64,000 nt of DNA, taken from assembly GCA_041395205.1 (NCBI GenBank), contig JAWLAZ010000002.1, forward strand, positions 119,589-183,588, given 5' to 3'. The stretch is from a bacterium. Lineage in GTDB: Bacteria; 4484-113; JAFGCY01. The notes beneath the pieces were generated by a model. It was not told the DNA's origin. It was given only the letters and a program-made list of their open reading frames with translations, and ran no database searches. The translations under genes and the position numbers were made by a program. Shown here piece by piece: positions 53,029-61,896 of this stretch (position 1 is its first letter; each line of letters begins with the position of its first letter).

Positions 53029-55157
53029 TTCCGCTTCTCCCGCTGGAATTCCAGACAGTCAATGCGCATCAGCCGGCACCAGCTCAGGCTGAGGCGGTTG
53101 AGCGCTCCAGCCTGCCCGCGCACCTGCCCGCTGAGCATGCTCACGTTGTCGCCGCCCTGCCCTGCCCTGTCGCGCCAGGCACTGCGCCGTCTGAGGATCT
53201 GCAGGGGATGCGTTGCCAACCAGATGTGTGCCGCCAGTTCGCCGAGCCAGTCCGCCGGACGGGTGAACAGTTTGCGCAGGCCCGCCAGCAGGCCCACGAG
53301 CATGTACATGGGCAGCAGCCGCCAGATAACCGAGGCCGGCAGCCAGCCCAGCAGGTTGAGGATGCGGTTGCGTTCCTGGAAGAAGCGCAGGTGCGGACGG
53401 CCCAGGCTGCGGGTCGTGCTCGATGCGAGGTGCACAGCCACGGCGGAGGGGGCCTTGGCAACCTTGCCACCGGCAGCGCGCAGTGCGAAACCCAGCCAGA
53501 CATCCTCCTGATAGGTGAAGTAGTCCTGCGGGAAGCACTGCGGCAGCCAGCCGGCGATGGACGCCCGCCGCAGCAGGCAGAGCCCGCCACTGGGGTAGAA
53601 GCATTCGTCCCGGCCGGCGAAGCTGTCCTGCACGATGTAGCCGTAGAGCGAGAGACCATGGTTGCGGCGTGACTCGACCAGTGCCTGCAGTGAGGCCTCG
53701 GGAATGTCCCAGACCACATCCGCCTCATCCTCGATCGCCAGGGCGTTCAGCAGCGGCACGATCTGACGTGGTTCCGCGATGTCCACCAGCCGGCCACTGA
53801 CGGCGTCCGCCCCGCTGCGACGCCGGGCATACATCAGGCGCGCGATGCACTCCGGGTCCATCACGCTGTCATTGTTGACAAGCGCCAGGTACTCGCCGCG
53901 TGACAGGGCCACGGCCCAATTCACGCCGCCGCTGAAGCCGGTGTTGTGCTCGAGGCGCAGGAAGCGCACATCCGGGAAATCCAGTTCCAGCAGTGAGGCC
54001 TCGTCAGCCGCCGAGCCGTTGTCAACCACGATCACTTCGCAGGGCCTGTAGCTCTGGGCCAGCGCGCCCTCCAGACAGGCCCGGGTCAGGGCCAGGCCGT
54101 TGTAGTTGACGATCAGGATGCTCACCAGCGGGTACTGCGCCTCCGGCTGGTCTCCGGCCTGTTCCAGTGGCATGCCTGGCTGGGGAGCACCGGGCGGCAT
54201 CAGGCTGCCGCGCGGGATGAACTGGGCCGCGACCCGGCCCGCTGGTACGCGGCGGCGGGCACCGGCACGCAGGCGGTAGCGGATCGCTCCCGGCAGGCAG
54301 GCCAGGTAGCTGAGGAGCGCCGGCCAGAGCCAGGGGCGCAGGAGCGTCCGCAGGGCATGCCAGAGTTCGTAGATCGTGAGCGGGATCCAGTTGCCAAGCT
54401 GGCTCGAGACGCTGTCATTGCGAACAAGCATCAGGTAGCGGTTCTTCTCGGCGATGCGCTGCACACGCAGGCTGGCGCGGCCGCCACTGCCATGCCCGCG
54501 GTGCTGGGCGCGGCAGGCCGGTTCATACCAGGCCTCCCAGCCGGCCAGCTGGGCCCGCCAGTCCAGGTCGACATCCTCGAAGTAGGCGAAGAAGTCGTGG
54601 CAGAAGACCTCACCATCGAAGCTGACCTGCTCCAGCATCTCGCGGCGGTAGGCAATTGCCGCCGCCGTGCCTCCGAAGACCGGTCCCGGGTTGTCAAACT
54701 GCCCCATGTCCGGCTCTCCGGCCCCGCGGCTGAGCGGGGTGCGGTCCTCGCGCATCAGGTGCCCCGTGCTGTCCAGCCGGCCGCTCATGTCGTCACGCAG
54801 GATCTTCGGCACGACAGTGCCGCAGCGTGGGCGGGCCTGCAGCACGGCCACGGCCCGGTGGGTGAAGTCCGGCTCAAGCAGGGCATCGCAGTTGAGCAGC
54901 ACCACCACGTCGCCCGTGCTGTGGGCGATCCCGAGGTTGTTGCCACCGGCAAAGCCGAGGTTCCCGGGTGCCTGCACGAGCTTCAGTTCGTAGGCATTGA
55001 GATCCAGCGCATCGAACTGCGGGCTGGCATTGTTGACAAGGATCACCTCGCGCAGGGGGAAGTCCTGGGCAGCGATGGAGTCAAGGGCTCTGGGCAGCAG
55101 TCCCTCTGTGTTCCAGTTCACGAGGATGTAGGAGACCAGGGGGAGCTGTCCGGGCAC
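53025..55157 (-). CDS. tandem double GT2-family glycosyltransferase
   Basis: Two GT-A modules. The first has LVSYILVNWNTEGLL...VILVNNASP...LLNCDA. The second has LVSILIVNYNGLALT...VIVVDNGSADEA...LVNNDS. I prefer the GTG at 55157 because TATAAT lies exactly 6 nt upstream. The track ATG at 55211 lies only 11 bp from the divergent gene's ATG. Confidence 0.8.
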   Translation of the reverse strand: MPGQLPLVSYILVNWNTEGLLPRALDSIAAQDFPLREVILVNNASPQFDALDLNAYELKLVQAPGNLGFAGGNNLGIAHSTGDVVVLLNCDALLEPDFTHRAVAVLQARPRCGTVVPKILRDDMSGRLDSTGHLMREDRTPLSRGAGEPDMGQFDNPGPVFGGTAAAIAYRREMLEQVSFDGEVFCHDFFAYFEDVDLDWRAQLAGWEAWYEPACRAQHRGHGSGGRASLRVQRIAEKNRYLMLVRNDSVSSQLGNWIPLTIYELWHALRTLLRPWLWPALLSYLACLPGAIRYRLRAGARRRVPAGRVAAQFIPRGSLMPPGAPQPGMPLEQAGDQPEAQYPLVSILIVNYNGLALTRACLEGALAQSYRPCEVIVVDNGSAADEASLLELDFPDVRFLRLEHNTGFSGGVNWAVALSRGEYLALVNNDSVMDPECIARLMYARRRSGADAVSGRLVDIAEPRQIVPLLNALAIEDEADVVWDIPEASLQALVESRRNHGLSLYGYIVQDSFAGRDECFYPSGGLCLLRRASIAGWLPQCFPQDYFTYQEDVWLGFALRAAGGKVAKAPSAVAVHLASSTTRSLGRPHLRFFQERNRILNLLGWLPASVIWRLLPMYMLVGLLAGLRKLFTRPADWLGELAAHIWLATHPLQILRRRSAWRDRAGQGGDNVSMLSGQVRGQAGALNRLSLSWCRLMRIDCLEFQREKRN

Positions 55158-55222
55158 AGCACAATTATAAGGACTGCGGCAAACGCCTGTCTGATCTGCT
55201 ATGCTTGCCATGAGGTGGGACC

Positions 55223-56038
55223 ATGCAAAGGGCTGGACTCAGGGAACTGACTGCGAAGCTGGCACCGGCGGCAGTGCTGATGCTGGCCGGGATTTGCCTG
55301 ATGTTCGTAAGCAAGTACATTGACCGTGGCGAATCTCCCGAAGAACCGCAGTTTCTGGGAAACGTACGCGTAGAATCAAATGCTCGGGAAGGACAGGAAC
55401 TGCCGGTGGTTGAACTCAGCGATGAGGATCTGGAAGCGAAGATCATTCTGGAGAATGGCCTCGAAATCCTTCCATCTGAGTTACTCAGACTCCTGGCGGA
55501 AAGGGAATCCCAGACGCTGATTGGTCCCGTGATATCGCCTCCGGATGCGCTGATCTCCAGCGAAATGCCCGTGATCTCCTATGGAGACAGACTGCAGTAT
55601 GAGCAGAATCCATTGCACAAAGGCCTGCTGGATTTTGAATGGCAGCGCGAAGGTAGTTCAATACTCCTGCAGGTCAACCCCGCTGGCGAGGTCGCGATAG
55701 AGAGCTGGGTTCTGAGCCCGGAGAGCCGCGAGGTGCTCGAGGACAAGCTGCAGCGCGCCGTGCAGAATGATCCCGAGTGGCGGGTCAGACTGGCAATGCT
55801 CTCGGGCAAGGAATTCAGCTGGCCGGGAGATTCTGATTCTCCGGAGATGCCTGATCTGGAAGCAGGTTCACGCTGGATGCAGGACGGCTTCCCTCACGGA
55901 ATGCTTGACAAGTCAGAGCTGCAGCGGATCAGGGCAATGGTGCAGGCCATCATCAGCCGGGAACTGGAACCGCTGGGCTTCCAGCTGGCACCGGATGATA
56001 CTGATCAGCAGTCTGAGCAGCCTGAGACTCCTGCCTGA
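55223..56038 (+). CDS. hypothetical N-terminally anchored acidic protein
   Basis: 271 aa. TM segment LAPAAVLMLAGICLMFV. The rest is acidic and not recognised, with lower GC than the neighbours. GAGGTG Shine-Dalgarno upstream. Confidence 0.5.
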   Translation: MQRAGLRELTAKLAPAAVLMLAGICLMFVSKYIDRGESPEEPQFLGNVRVESNAREGQELPVVELSDEDLEAKIILENGLEILPSELLRLLAERESQTLIGPVISPPDALISSEMPVISYGDRLQYEQNPLHKGLLDFEWQREGSSILLQVNPAGEVAIESWVLSPESREVLEDKLQRAVQNDPEWRVRLAMLSGKEFSWPGDSDSPEMPDLEAGSRWMQDGFPHGMLDKSELQRIRAMVQAIISRELEPLGFQLAPDDTDQQSEQPETPA

Positions 56039-56106
56039 GAATTCCACTGCGCGGATACAATCCGGATTGCGGCTGCGTCATGTGCAGTATCCGACCGGAG
56101 GTGTAA

Positions 56107-57066
56107 GTGATGAAGAGAGTGTTGTTCGTTCCGATTGCCGCGCTGCTGGCTGTGCTTGCCGTTTACCTGGGTGCCGTCTCCGCGCGCGCTGCCAATGCCG
56201 GCGAACCGGCGCTGGTCAGCAGCAGTGCCCCTTCCAGTTCCGCATCTGTCAATCTGGCCAGTGCCATCGCTGATCGTGACGCCGAGGATGCCGAGGAAAA
56301 CGTCGGGGTTGCCGAACTGTTCTTCGGGGAAGCCGCGAACTGTGAAGCGGGGGAATGCCCGCTCAACCTGTTCTACGGCGATGGCAGCGGCATTGCCCCG
56401 CTCGCCTGGAGCACCGGCAGCGGCCTCACCGAGCTGATTGATGAGCTGCTGGAAAGCGGCGACCTGACGGAAGCCGGAGCAGCACGCCTGCGCGAGCAGC
56501 TCAGCGCTCAGCATGGCCTGGCGATCAACGTGTTTGGCAATGCCCCCGTGGCGGGATTCCCCTCCCCGGCGACCGGCCGCTGGTTCAGCCCCGGAGCCGA
56601 GGGCGAACAGGACATGCACTTCCGCTTCAACGAGGACGGCGTCTGGAAGGAGCTGAAGATCGAGATTGGCGAGGACGGAATCGTCAGCGTCGAGGGCGAG
56701 GGCTACAGCCCCGAGGAGCTCGAGGAGATCCGCCGCCAGACCGAGGAGGACATCGCCGCCGGCCGGCCTGTGAGCGTCTATGGCAAGCATGGCCTGGGCC
56801 AGGCCTTCGTCTGGAATGACATCACTGACGGTGACAGCTTCGCGGTTGCCGTGCCGGACTTCAACGAACGCTGGACGGATGAGAATGGTGATTTCGATGC
56901 CGAGCGCTTCGCCGAAGGCTTTCCCGCTCCGCACAGCTTCAGCTGGTCGCCAGATGCCCCCGCCAGTGCGAAGCCGATCTTCATGTTCGGCTCGGATGAT
57001 GAGGAACTGCGTGAGATGCTGAAGGAGATCGTGCGCGAGATCATGCAGGAAATGAAGGACGAGTAA
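56107..57066 (+). CDS. hypothetical secreted acidic protein
   Basis: 319 aa. Signal peptide MMKRVLFVPIAALLAVLAVYLGAVSARA. Very acidic and not recognised. GGAGGTG lies upstream, and the ATG at 56110 is equally possible. Confidence 0.55.
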   Translation: MMKRVLFVPIAALLAVLAVYLGAVSARAANAGEPALVSSSAPSSSASVNLASAIADRDAEDAEENVGVAELFFGEAANCEAGECPLNLFYGDGSGIAPLAWSTGSGLTELIDELLESGDLTEAGAARLREQLSAQHGLAINVFGNAPVAGFPSPATGRWFSPGAEGEQDMHFRFNEDGVWKELKIEIGEDGIVSVEGEGYSPEELEEIRRQTEEDIAAGRPVSVYGKHGLGQAFVWNDITDGDSFAVAVPDFNERWTDENGDFDAERFAEGFPAPHSFSWSPDAPASAKPIFMFGSDDEELREMLKEIVREIMQEMKDE

Positions 57067-57128
57067 GCTCGTGCCAGCTGCGTCGGCAATGGTGGCGCAT
57101 GACTCAAGCCTGATAACCCGATGTGCAG

Positions 57129-57155
57129 AGGCCCGCTTCGGCGGGCCTTTCTGTT
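57129..57155 (+). terminator. rho-independent terminator
   Basis: AGGCCCGC-ttcg-GCGGGCCT followed by TTCTGTT. Confidence 0.75.
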
Positions 57156-57201
57156 GGCAATCCGCCTCCTGCTTGAGTCCACGACCTGCTAGAATCCTGC
57201 G

Positions 57202-57720
57202 GTGGATGGATTCTGGCAGTGGGTGGAAGGGCTCAACCCGGTGGTGGCGATCATCGTGCTCACCTACACGCCGATCTTCGAGCTGCGTGCCAGCGTGCCC
57301 TACGGGATCTTCTTCACTGAGCTGCCGCTCTGGCAGGTGCTCATCGTCGCGATCCTCTCCAACTGGGCCGTCGCTCCCGTGGTCTACCTCTTCCTTAAGT
57401 ACATGATGCGCTTCATCCTGCGCTGGAAGTGGTTCGCACGCATCTGGGAGAAGTACACACAGCGCTTCCAGCAGCGCATCCACAAGGCCGTGGAGGGCAA
57501 GGGTGCCTGGGGCCTGGCGCTGTTCATCGGCGTGCCCCTGCCCGGCAGCGGGGTCTACAGCGGCGCGCTGGCCGCCTACCTGCTGGGGATGGGCTTCCGG
57601 CGCTTCATGCTGATGTCGCTGTGCGGCGTGATCATGGCGGCGAGCATCGTGGCGGCGGTCGCCCTGAGCGGCGGCGGGCTGGCGGAGCTGCTGCTGAAGA
57701 CCCCGGCAGCCCATAACTGA
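57202..57720 (+). CDS. small membrane protein, putative small multidrug export family (COG2426-like)
   Basis: 172 aa. Contains TYTPIFELRASVPYG, ILSNWAVAPVVYLFL and GVPLPGSGVYSGAL. GTG start with TAGAAT 6 nt upstream. Confidence 0.6.
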   Translation: MDGFWQWVEGLNPVVAIIVLTYTPIFELRASVPYGIFFTELPLWQVLIVAILSNWAVAPVVYLFLKYMMRFILRWKWFARIWEKYTQRFQQRIHKAVEGKGAWGLALFIGVPLPGSGVYSGALAAYLLGMGFRRFMLMSLCGVIMAASIVAAVALSGGGLAELLLKTPAAHN

Positions 57721-57762
57721 GCCGATATTCCCGCGAAATTCCCACAATCTGCGGCATTTTGC

Positions 57763-57791
57763 TTGACCTTGCCCCGATCCCTCACTATCAT
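57763..57791 (+). promoter_or_regulatory. sigma70-type promoter of tRNA-Lys
   Basis: TTGACC (57763-57768), 17-nt spacer, TATCAT (57786-57791). The mature tRNA 5' end (57798) lies 6 nt after the -10. Confidence 0.65.
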
Positions 57792-57797
57792 TCCTGC

Positions 57798-57873
<76 letters not shown>

Positions 57874-58070
57874 TTAACCCCCTCCCGAGGTACAGCGAGA
57901 CGATGATCGACAGTTAGCCAGCGGTTTCCACGAAGAACCCGCGCGTCCGGCCCGAGCCGGAATGGCTACTGATCTGTCCGCAGCCTCCCCTGCCCCGACA
58001 TATCGCCATTGACCCACAGCAGTCGCGCGTGCGCACGCATTACCGGCCCGATTGGCCGGGGAGGCCAGGC

Positions 58071-59672
58071 ATGGCACTCGTGACACTGACTGATGCAGGG
58101 TTGCACTTCGGTGCAGCGGATGTGCTGGGCGGACTGAATCTGAGCATCGAAGCGGGGATGAAGGCAGCACTCGTCGGCGAGAACGGCAGCGGCAAGTCCA
58201 GCCTGCTGGCGCTGATTGCGGGAACGCTGGCGGCGGAGTATGGCTCAATTGAACGGCAGCGGGGCCTGCGGATCGCGTGGCTGGAGCAGCTGCCGGAGTA
58301 TGCGGCGGGAAGCACGGCGCTGGATGCGGTGTTCGCGGCCAGGCCAGTGCTGGCTTTGCTGCGGCGCTGCATGGCGGAACTGGAAGCAGCCGGGATCAGC
58401 GAGGAGCAGGCGCTGCGCTATGCGGAACTCGTGGCGGAGTTCCAGGCGGCCGGTGGATATGATTTCGAGGCGCAGTGCCGGCTGGCCCTGCATGGCCTGG
58501 GGATCGATGCCGGGGCTGCCCTGCGGCCACTGGCAACACTCTCCGGTGGTGAACAGGCACGCACCGGGCTGGCGCGGGCTCTGCTGACGGACTGTGAGCT
58601 CTTGTTGCTGGATGAACCTGACAACCACCTCGACATCGAGGGCATCCGCTGGCTGGAGCAGGCGCTTGTGGAGCATCCCGCCAGCCTGCTGATCGCCAGC
58701 CATGACCGTGAACTTCTGGAGCGCGTCGCCAACTGCGTGATCGAGCTGGAGGACGGCACGGCCCGGCTGGAACGCGGCTCGCTCGCTGCCTACTTCGAGC
58801 GCAAGCACGAACGCATCGAGCGCCAGAAGCTGGAGTATCTGGAGCAGCAGCGGCGCGTGGAGAAGCTGCAGGCGGACATCCGCCGCACCGAACAGCATGC
58901 GCGCAGCATGGAGAACATGAGCACCAATGACCACTGGCGGCGCATTGCCAGGAAAATGGCGAAGACGGCAACGGTGCGCAAGCGGCGGCTGGAACGGGAA
59001 CTGGAGGGAGAAACGGCGGTGGAGAAGCCGCTGGAGCGCAGCGGGCCCAGGTTGGCAATCGGCAGTGCCGCTGGCGGGGCCAGTGGGCTGCTGTGGCTGG
59101 ATGGCATCTGCGCCGGATACGGCGAGCGGGAGCTTCTGGGCAATGTCAGCCTGACCCTGCAGCGCAGGCAGCGGCTTGCCATCACCGGACGCAATGGCAG
59201 CGGCAAGTCCACGCTGCTGAAGTGCATCCTCGGCGAGCTGGAGCCGCAGGCGGGCGAGGCCTGGATCGCCGGGGGCGCGGCAGTCTTCTACTGCGACCAG
59301 CAGCAGGCCGGACTGGACAGGGAGCTGAGCCTGTATCAGCAGCTGGAACGGAGCAGCCCGCTGACTGCCAACCAGATCCACTACCTGCTGGCGCGCATCG
59401 GCCTGAAGGGCCGCAACGAGCAGCTCGTCGGCAGCCTGAGCGGTGGTGAACGCACGCGGCTGCTGCTGGCGGTGCTTATGAACACGCATGCGGATCTCCT
59501 GATCCTTGATGAACCGAGCAACCACCTGGACCTGCCGAGCATCGAAGTGCTGCAGCAGGCACTGTGCAGCTTCAGTGGCGGAGTGCTGCTGGTCAGCCAT
59601 GACCGGCGCCTTGTGCAGCATGTGGCAACGGACGTGAATGAGTTAGGAGATGGGAGGCTGCATACTGTATAA
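58071..59672 (+). CDS. ABC-F family ATPase (two ABC domains, no TM domain)
   Basis: 533 aa from MALVTLTDAGLHFG. Walker A motifs GENGSGKSS and GRNGSGKST; signature motifs LSGGEQAR and LSGGERTR; Walker B motifs LLLLDEPDNHLD and LLILDEPSNHLD, with a charged inter-domain linker. GGGGAGG lies 6 nt upstream. Confidence 0.9.
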   Translation: MALVTLTDAGLHFGAADVLGGLNLSIEAGMKAALVGENGSGKSSLLALIAGTLAAEYGSIERQRGLRIAWLEQLPEYAAGSTALDAVFAARPVLALLRRCMAELEAAGISEEQALRYAELVAEFQAAGGYDFEAQCRLALHGLGIDAGAALRPLATLSGGEQARTGLARALLTDCELLLLDEPDNHLDIEGIRWLEQALVEHPASLLIASHDRELLERVANCVIELEDGTARLERGSLAAYFERKHERIERQKLEYLEQQRRVEKLQADIRRTEQHARSMENMSTNDHWRRIARKMAKTATVRKRRLERELEGETAVEKPLERSGPRLAIGSAAGGASGLLWLDGICAGYGERELLGNVSLTLQRRQRLAITGRNGSGKSTLLKCILGELEPQAGEAWIAGGAAVFYCDQQQAGLDRELSLYQQLERSSPLTANQIHYLLARIGLKGRNEQLVGSLSGGERTRLLLAVLMNTHADLLILDEPSNHLDLPSIEVLQQALCSFSGGVLLVSHDRRLVQHVATDVNELGDGRLHTV

Positions 59673-59713
59673 CCATTGGTACAGGGATTTGCCCTGTTGA
59701 TCCGGGGGACGAT

Positions 59714-60661
59714 ATGCAACCGAGTCACAGTGCGGAAAACCACGGCAAGCTGGCTGCGATGCTGGCGGGTGATGGCAAGCTACCCACCAGGGAATCACAT
59801 ATTGAGAATGGCTGGCTTTTTGCCAATGGCCAGCATTGGTTCAACTACTATGTTGGAAGTCATGCCTCAGCGTATCTGCGTGCCAGGGATGGAAAGGCGA
59901 GAGGCGGCAACATGTATCTCACCCGGGAATACCTCTTCTTCCCGGAGCTTGATAAGCTGGTTTACGTCCCGGATAGAAAACACTTTCTGCCAACAACATG
60001 CCACCTGAACAATGACTGTTTTCTGGTCAGTGATGCCGGCGGTATGGATATCCGCTCAGACAGGCACCCTGCGGTGATAGAAGTTCATCTACTCAACTTA
60101 TCCAGTTTCTCCTGGACCACCACACCAGCCAATCTGCGACCCTTGCTCTCGGATGAATCACCACTGGGACTCGTACATGACCTTGTCTGGGATGATGTCA
60201 GCGAACAGTTGCTGGTCCTGATGTGCAGATTCAGCAGGCAGGAACAGACAACGAAGATCCAGAGACTGCTACTGAGCTGTAAACCTGGCAAAGATGGATT
60301 TCAACCTCGTGAAGTTTTGGAAATCAGCGAGTGTGATTCGATTGATATCGCCCTGCTTTCAACAGGAAGCAAACGCAGTGTTCTCCTGAGAAGTCCACAC
60401 GATGGCACGATTGCCATCCATGCTGACAGTAATTGCATACCTGGCACTTTTGGAGACTATGATCTGGGGGAACTGGCAATTCATGAAGACGTCCAGATCA
60501 CGGGAACTGATAACGACAAAGTTCATCTCCGCATTGGTGACGAACTCTGGATAGTGAATTCCAGAGGCGAAGTCAGACCCGGAAGTTGCCTCAGGAAGTA
60601 CATAGAGATTATTGGCGACGATGGCGTAAAGCACCGCATTGTAACTGAGTACCGAGACTGA
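59714..60661 (+). CDS. hypothetical cytoplasmic protein (low-GC module, gene A)
   Basis: 315 aa with no recognisable motif and no TM or signal sequence. GGGGGA lies 4 nt upstream. About 50% GC against ~65-70% in the flanks. Confidence 0.55.
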   Translation: MQPSHSAENHGKLAAMLAGDGKLPTRESHIENGWLFANGQHWFNYYVGSHASAYLRARDGKARGGNMYLTREYLFFPELDKLVYVPDRKHFLPTTCHLNNDCFLVSDAGGMDIRSDRHPAVIEVHLLNLSSFSWTTTPANLRPLLSDESPLGLVHDLVWDDVSEQLLVLMCRFSRQEQTTKIQRLLLSCKPGKDGFQPREVLEISECDSIDIALLSTGSKRSVLLRSPHDGTIAIHADSNCIPGTFGDYDLGELAIHEDVQITGTDNDKVHLRIGDELWIVNSRGEVRPGSCLRKYIEIIGDDGVKHRIVTEYRD

Positions 60662-60885
60662 TGCCCTTCCCGCCGCGCTTCAGTCTGGACTCCGTGCTGT
60701 TTGGCATGATGATGGTGCTGCTCTGGGCCGCTATCTTCGCCTTTCGTTATTGGCAGTACCTCTGTGCCGGCAAGCATGAGGACCCGCTTGATGTGCGCAA
60801 ATGGGGCTGGATCTCGTTTGGCCTGTTTGCCGCCTGTCTTTCCAGCGGGGCCATATTCCTGCTGCGAATCTTCCTGCGGCCCTGA
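60661..60885 (+). CDS. hypothetical small membrane protein, 2 TM (gene B)
   Basis: 74 aa. TM candidates VLFGMMMVLLWAAIFAF and WISFGLFAACLSSGAIFLL. The ATG overlaps the gene A stop by 1 nt (TGATG). Confidence 0.45.
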   Translation: MPFPPRFSLDSVLFGMMMVLLWAAIFAFRYWQYLCAGKHEDPLDVRKWGWISFGLFAACLSSGAIFLLRIFLRP

Positions 60886-60913
60886 ATTGTCCGTATAATC
60901 GCAAAGTAGAGCC

Positions 60914-61108
60914 ATGTCTGATATCAAGGTGATCACGCAATACCTGCTGTTTGCACTCGGCACCATGCTGGGGCTTGCCGGAATCTCCTTCATATTCATC
61001 CGGTTCATGGCTGAAGCGCTAGGCTATGACCGGTATGATTTCGCCAGTCTAGATTCATTCCCCGCTACGTCTGCTCCGACATTGTGTGCTGTGCTTGCAA
61101 TCCACTAA
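60914..61108 (+). CDS. hypothetical small membrane protein (gene C)
   Basis: 64 aa. TM candidate YLLFALGTMLGLAGISFIFI. TATAAT (60894-60899) lies 14 nt upstream. Confidence 0.4.
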   Translation: MSDIKVITQYLLFALGTMLGLAGISFIFIRFMAEALGYDRYDFASLDSFPATSAPTLCAVLAIH

Positions 61109-61119
61109 CGCAGGTTGAA

Positions 61120-61659
61120 ATGATTGCAGGAGAACTCAAATCCGCCTGGGAAAAATTGAGAAGCCGTCTGCTTGCAGTACAGCGCACCCGTGGACCGATT
61201 GGCAGGCTGCTGTCGTTGGCAATGGCCGCGCTGGTTGCCTACGCCATCTTCTTCACCCTGTTTCGTTCCGTGATCTACCCGAGCTACTGGCCGCTGCGTA
61301 CATTGCACGTTCCTCTGTCCTCCGTCCGCAGCAGCTGGCCGCCGGACCCCAACCTGATCCTGGCCATACCTGGCTACTGCCCGGATGGATACGTTCCGTA
61401 CAATGGCAACACTAACGGCACAGGCGATTATGGGCAACTATATTATTCCAACCACATGAGCTGGCAGGAAAACCTGGACTACATTGACCGGCAGTTGGCG
61501 AACCGCTCAACGGATGTATTCCATTCAAGCCGAAGGCATGACCGCCAGGGCGCATACTGGATCCTGAAAGATGGCAGGACCAGGGTGTATCTGAGTGGCA
61601 TCACCAGTGGAAACCGGCAGGTGTGCAGTCTTGAAGTGGTCAGCGATCCGCAGCGCTGA
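61120..61659 (+). CDS. hypothetical N-terminally anchored protein (gene D)
   Basis: 179 aa from MIAGELKS. TM segment LLSLAMAALVAYAIFFTLF, then a ~120-aa Tyr/Asn/Gly-rich extracytoplasmic domain that is not recognised. The track start at 61084 overlaps gene C. Confidence 0.5.
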   Translation: MIAGELKSAWEKLRSRLLAVQRTRGPIGRLLSLAMAALVAYAIFFTLFRSVIYPSYWPLRTLHVPLSSVRSSWPPDPNLILAIPGYCPDGYVPYNGNTNGTGDYGQLYYSNHMSWQENLDYIDRQLANRSTDVFHSSRRHDRQGAYWILKDGRTRVYLSGITSGNRQVCSLEVVSDPQR

Positions 61660-61896
61660 GATTCATTGCACAAGCCGGATTATCTCCCGCTATACTTTAT
61701 TTGACAGGTCCGCGGCCCTGCGGGGGAATGCAGCCCGGACCCAGACCCATTGAACAATGGGGTGGCAGCCCGGCTGCCGCAGTCAGAGGAAGGCACGCGC
61801 CGGGCGGTCAACACTACTCGAGCCAGTCATCCACGGCTGTGCGCTCCTGCGCCCCCTGAGCAGTAACGTAATGTCCGGCCTGGCCGGGAGGAAGAA

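Noticed and set aside
61780-61830. The CCGGGCGG segment in the pepF leader resembles part of the ZTP (pfl) riboswitch.
   Set aside because: The other conserved ZTP elements (GACTGGCG-type 5' module and CCGCCTGGGCA 3' module) are absent.
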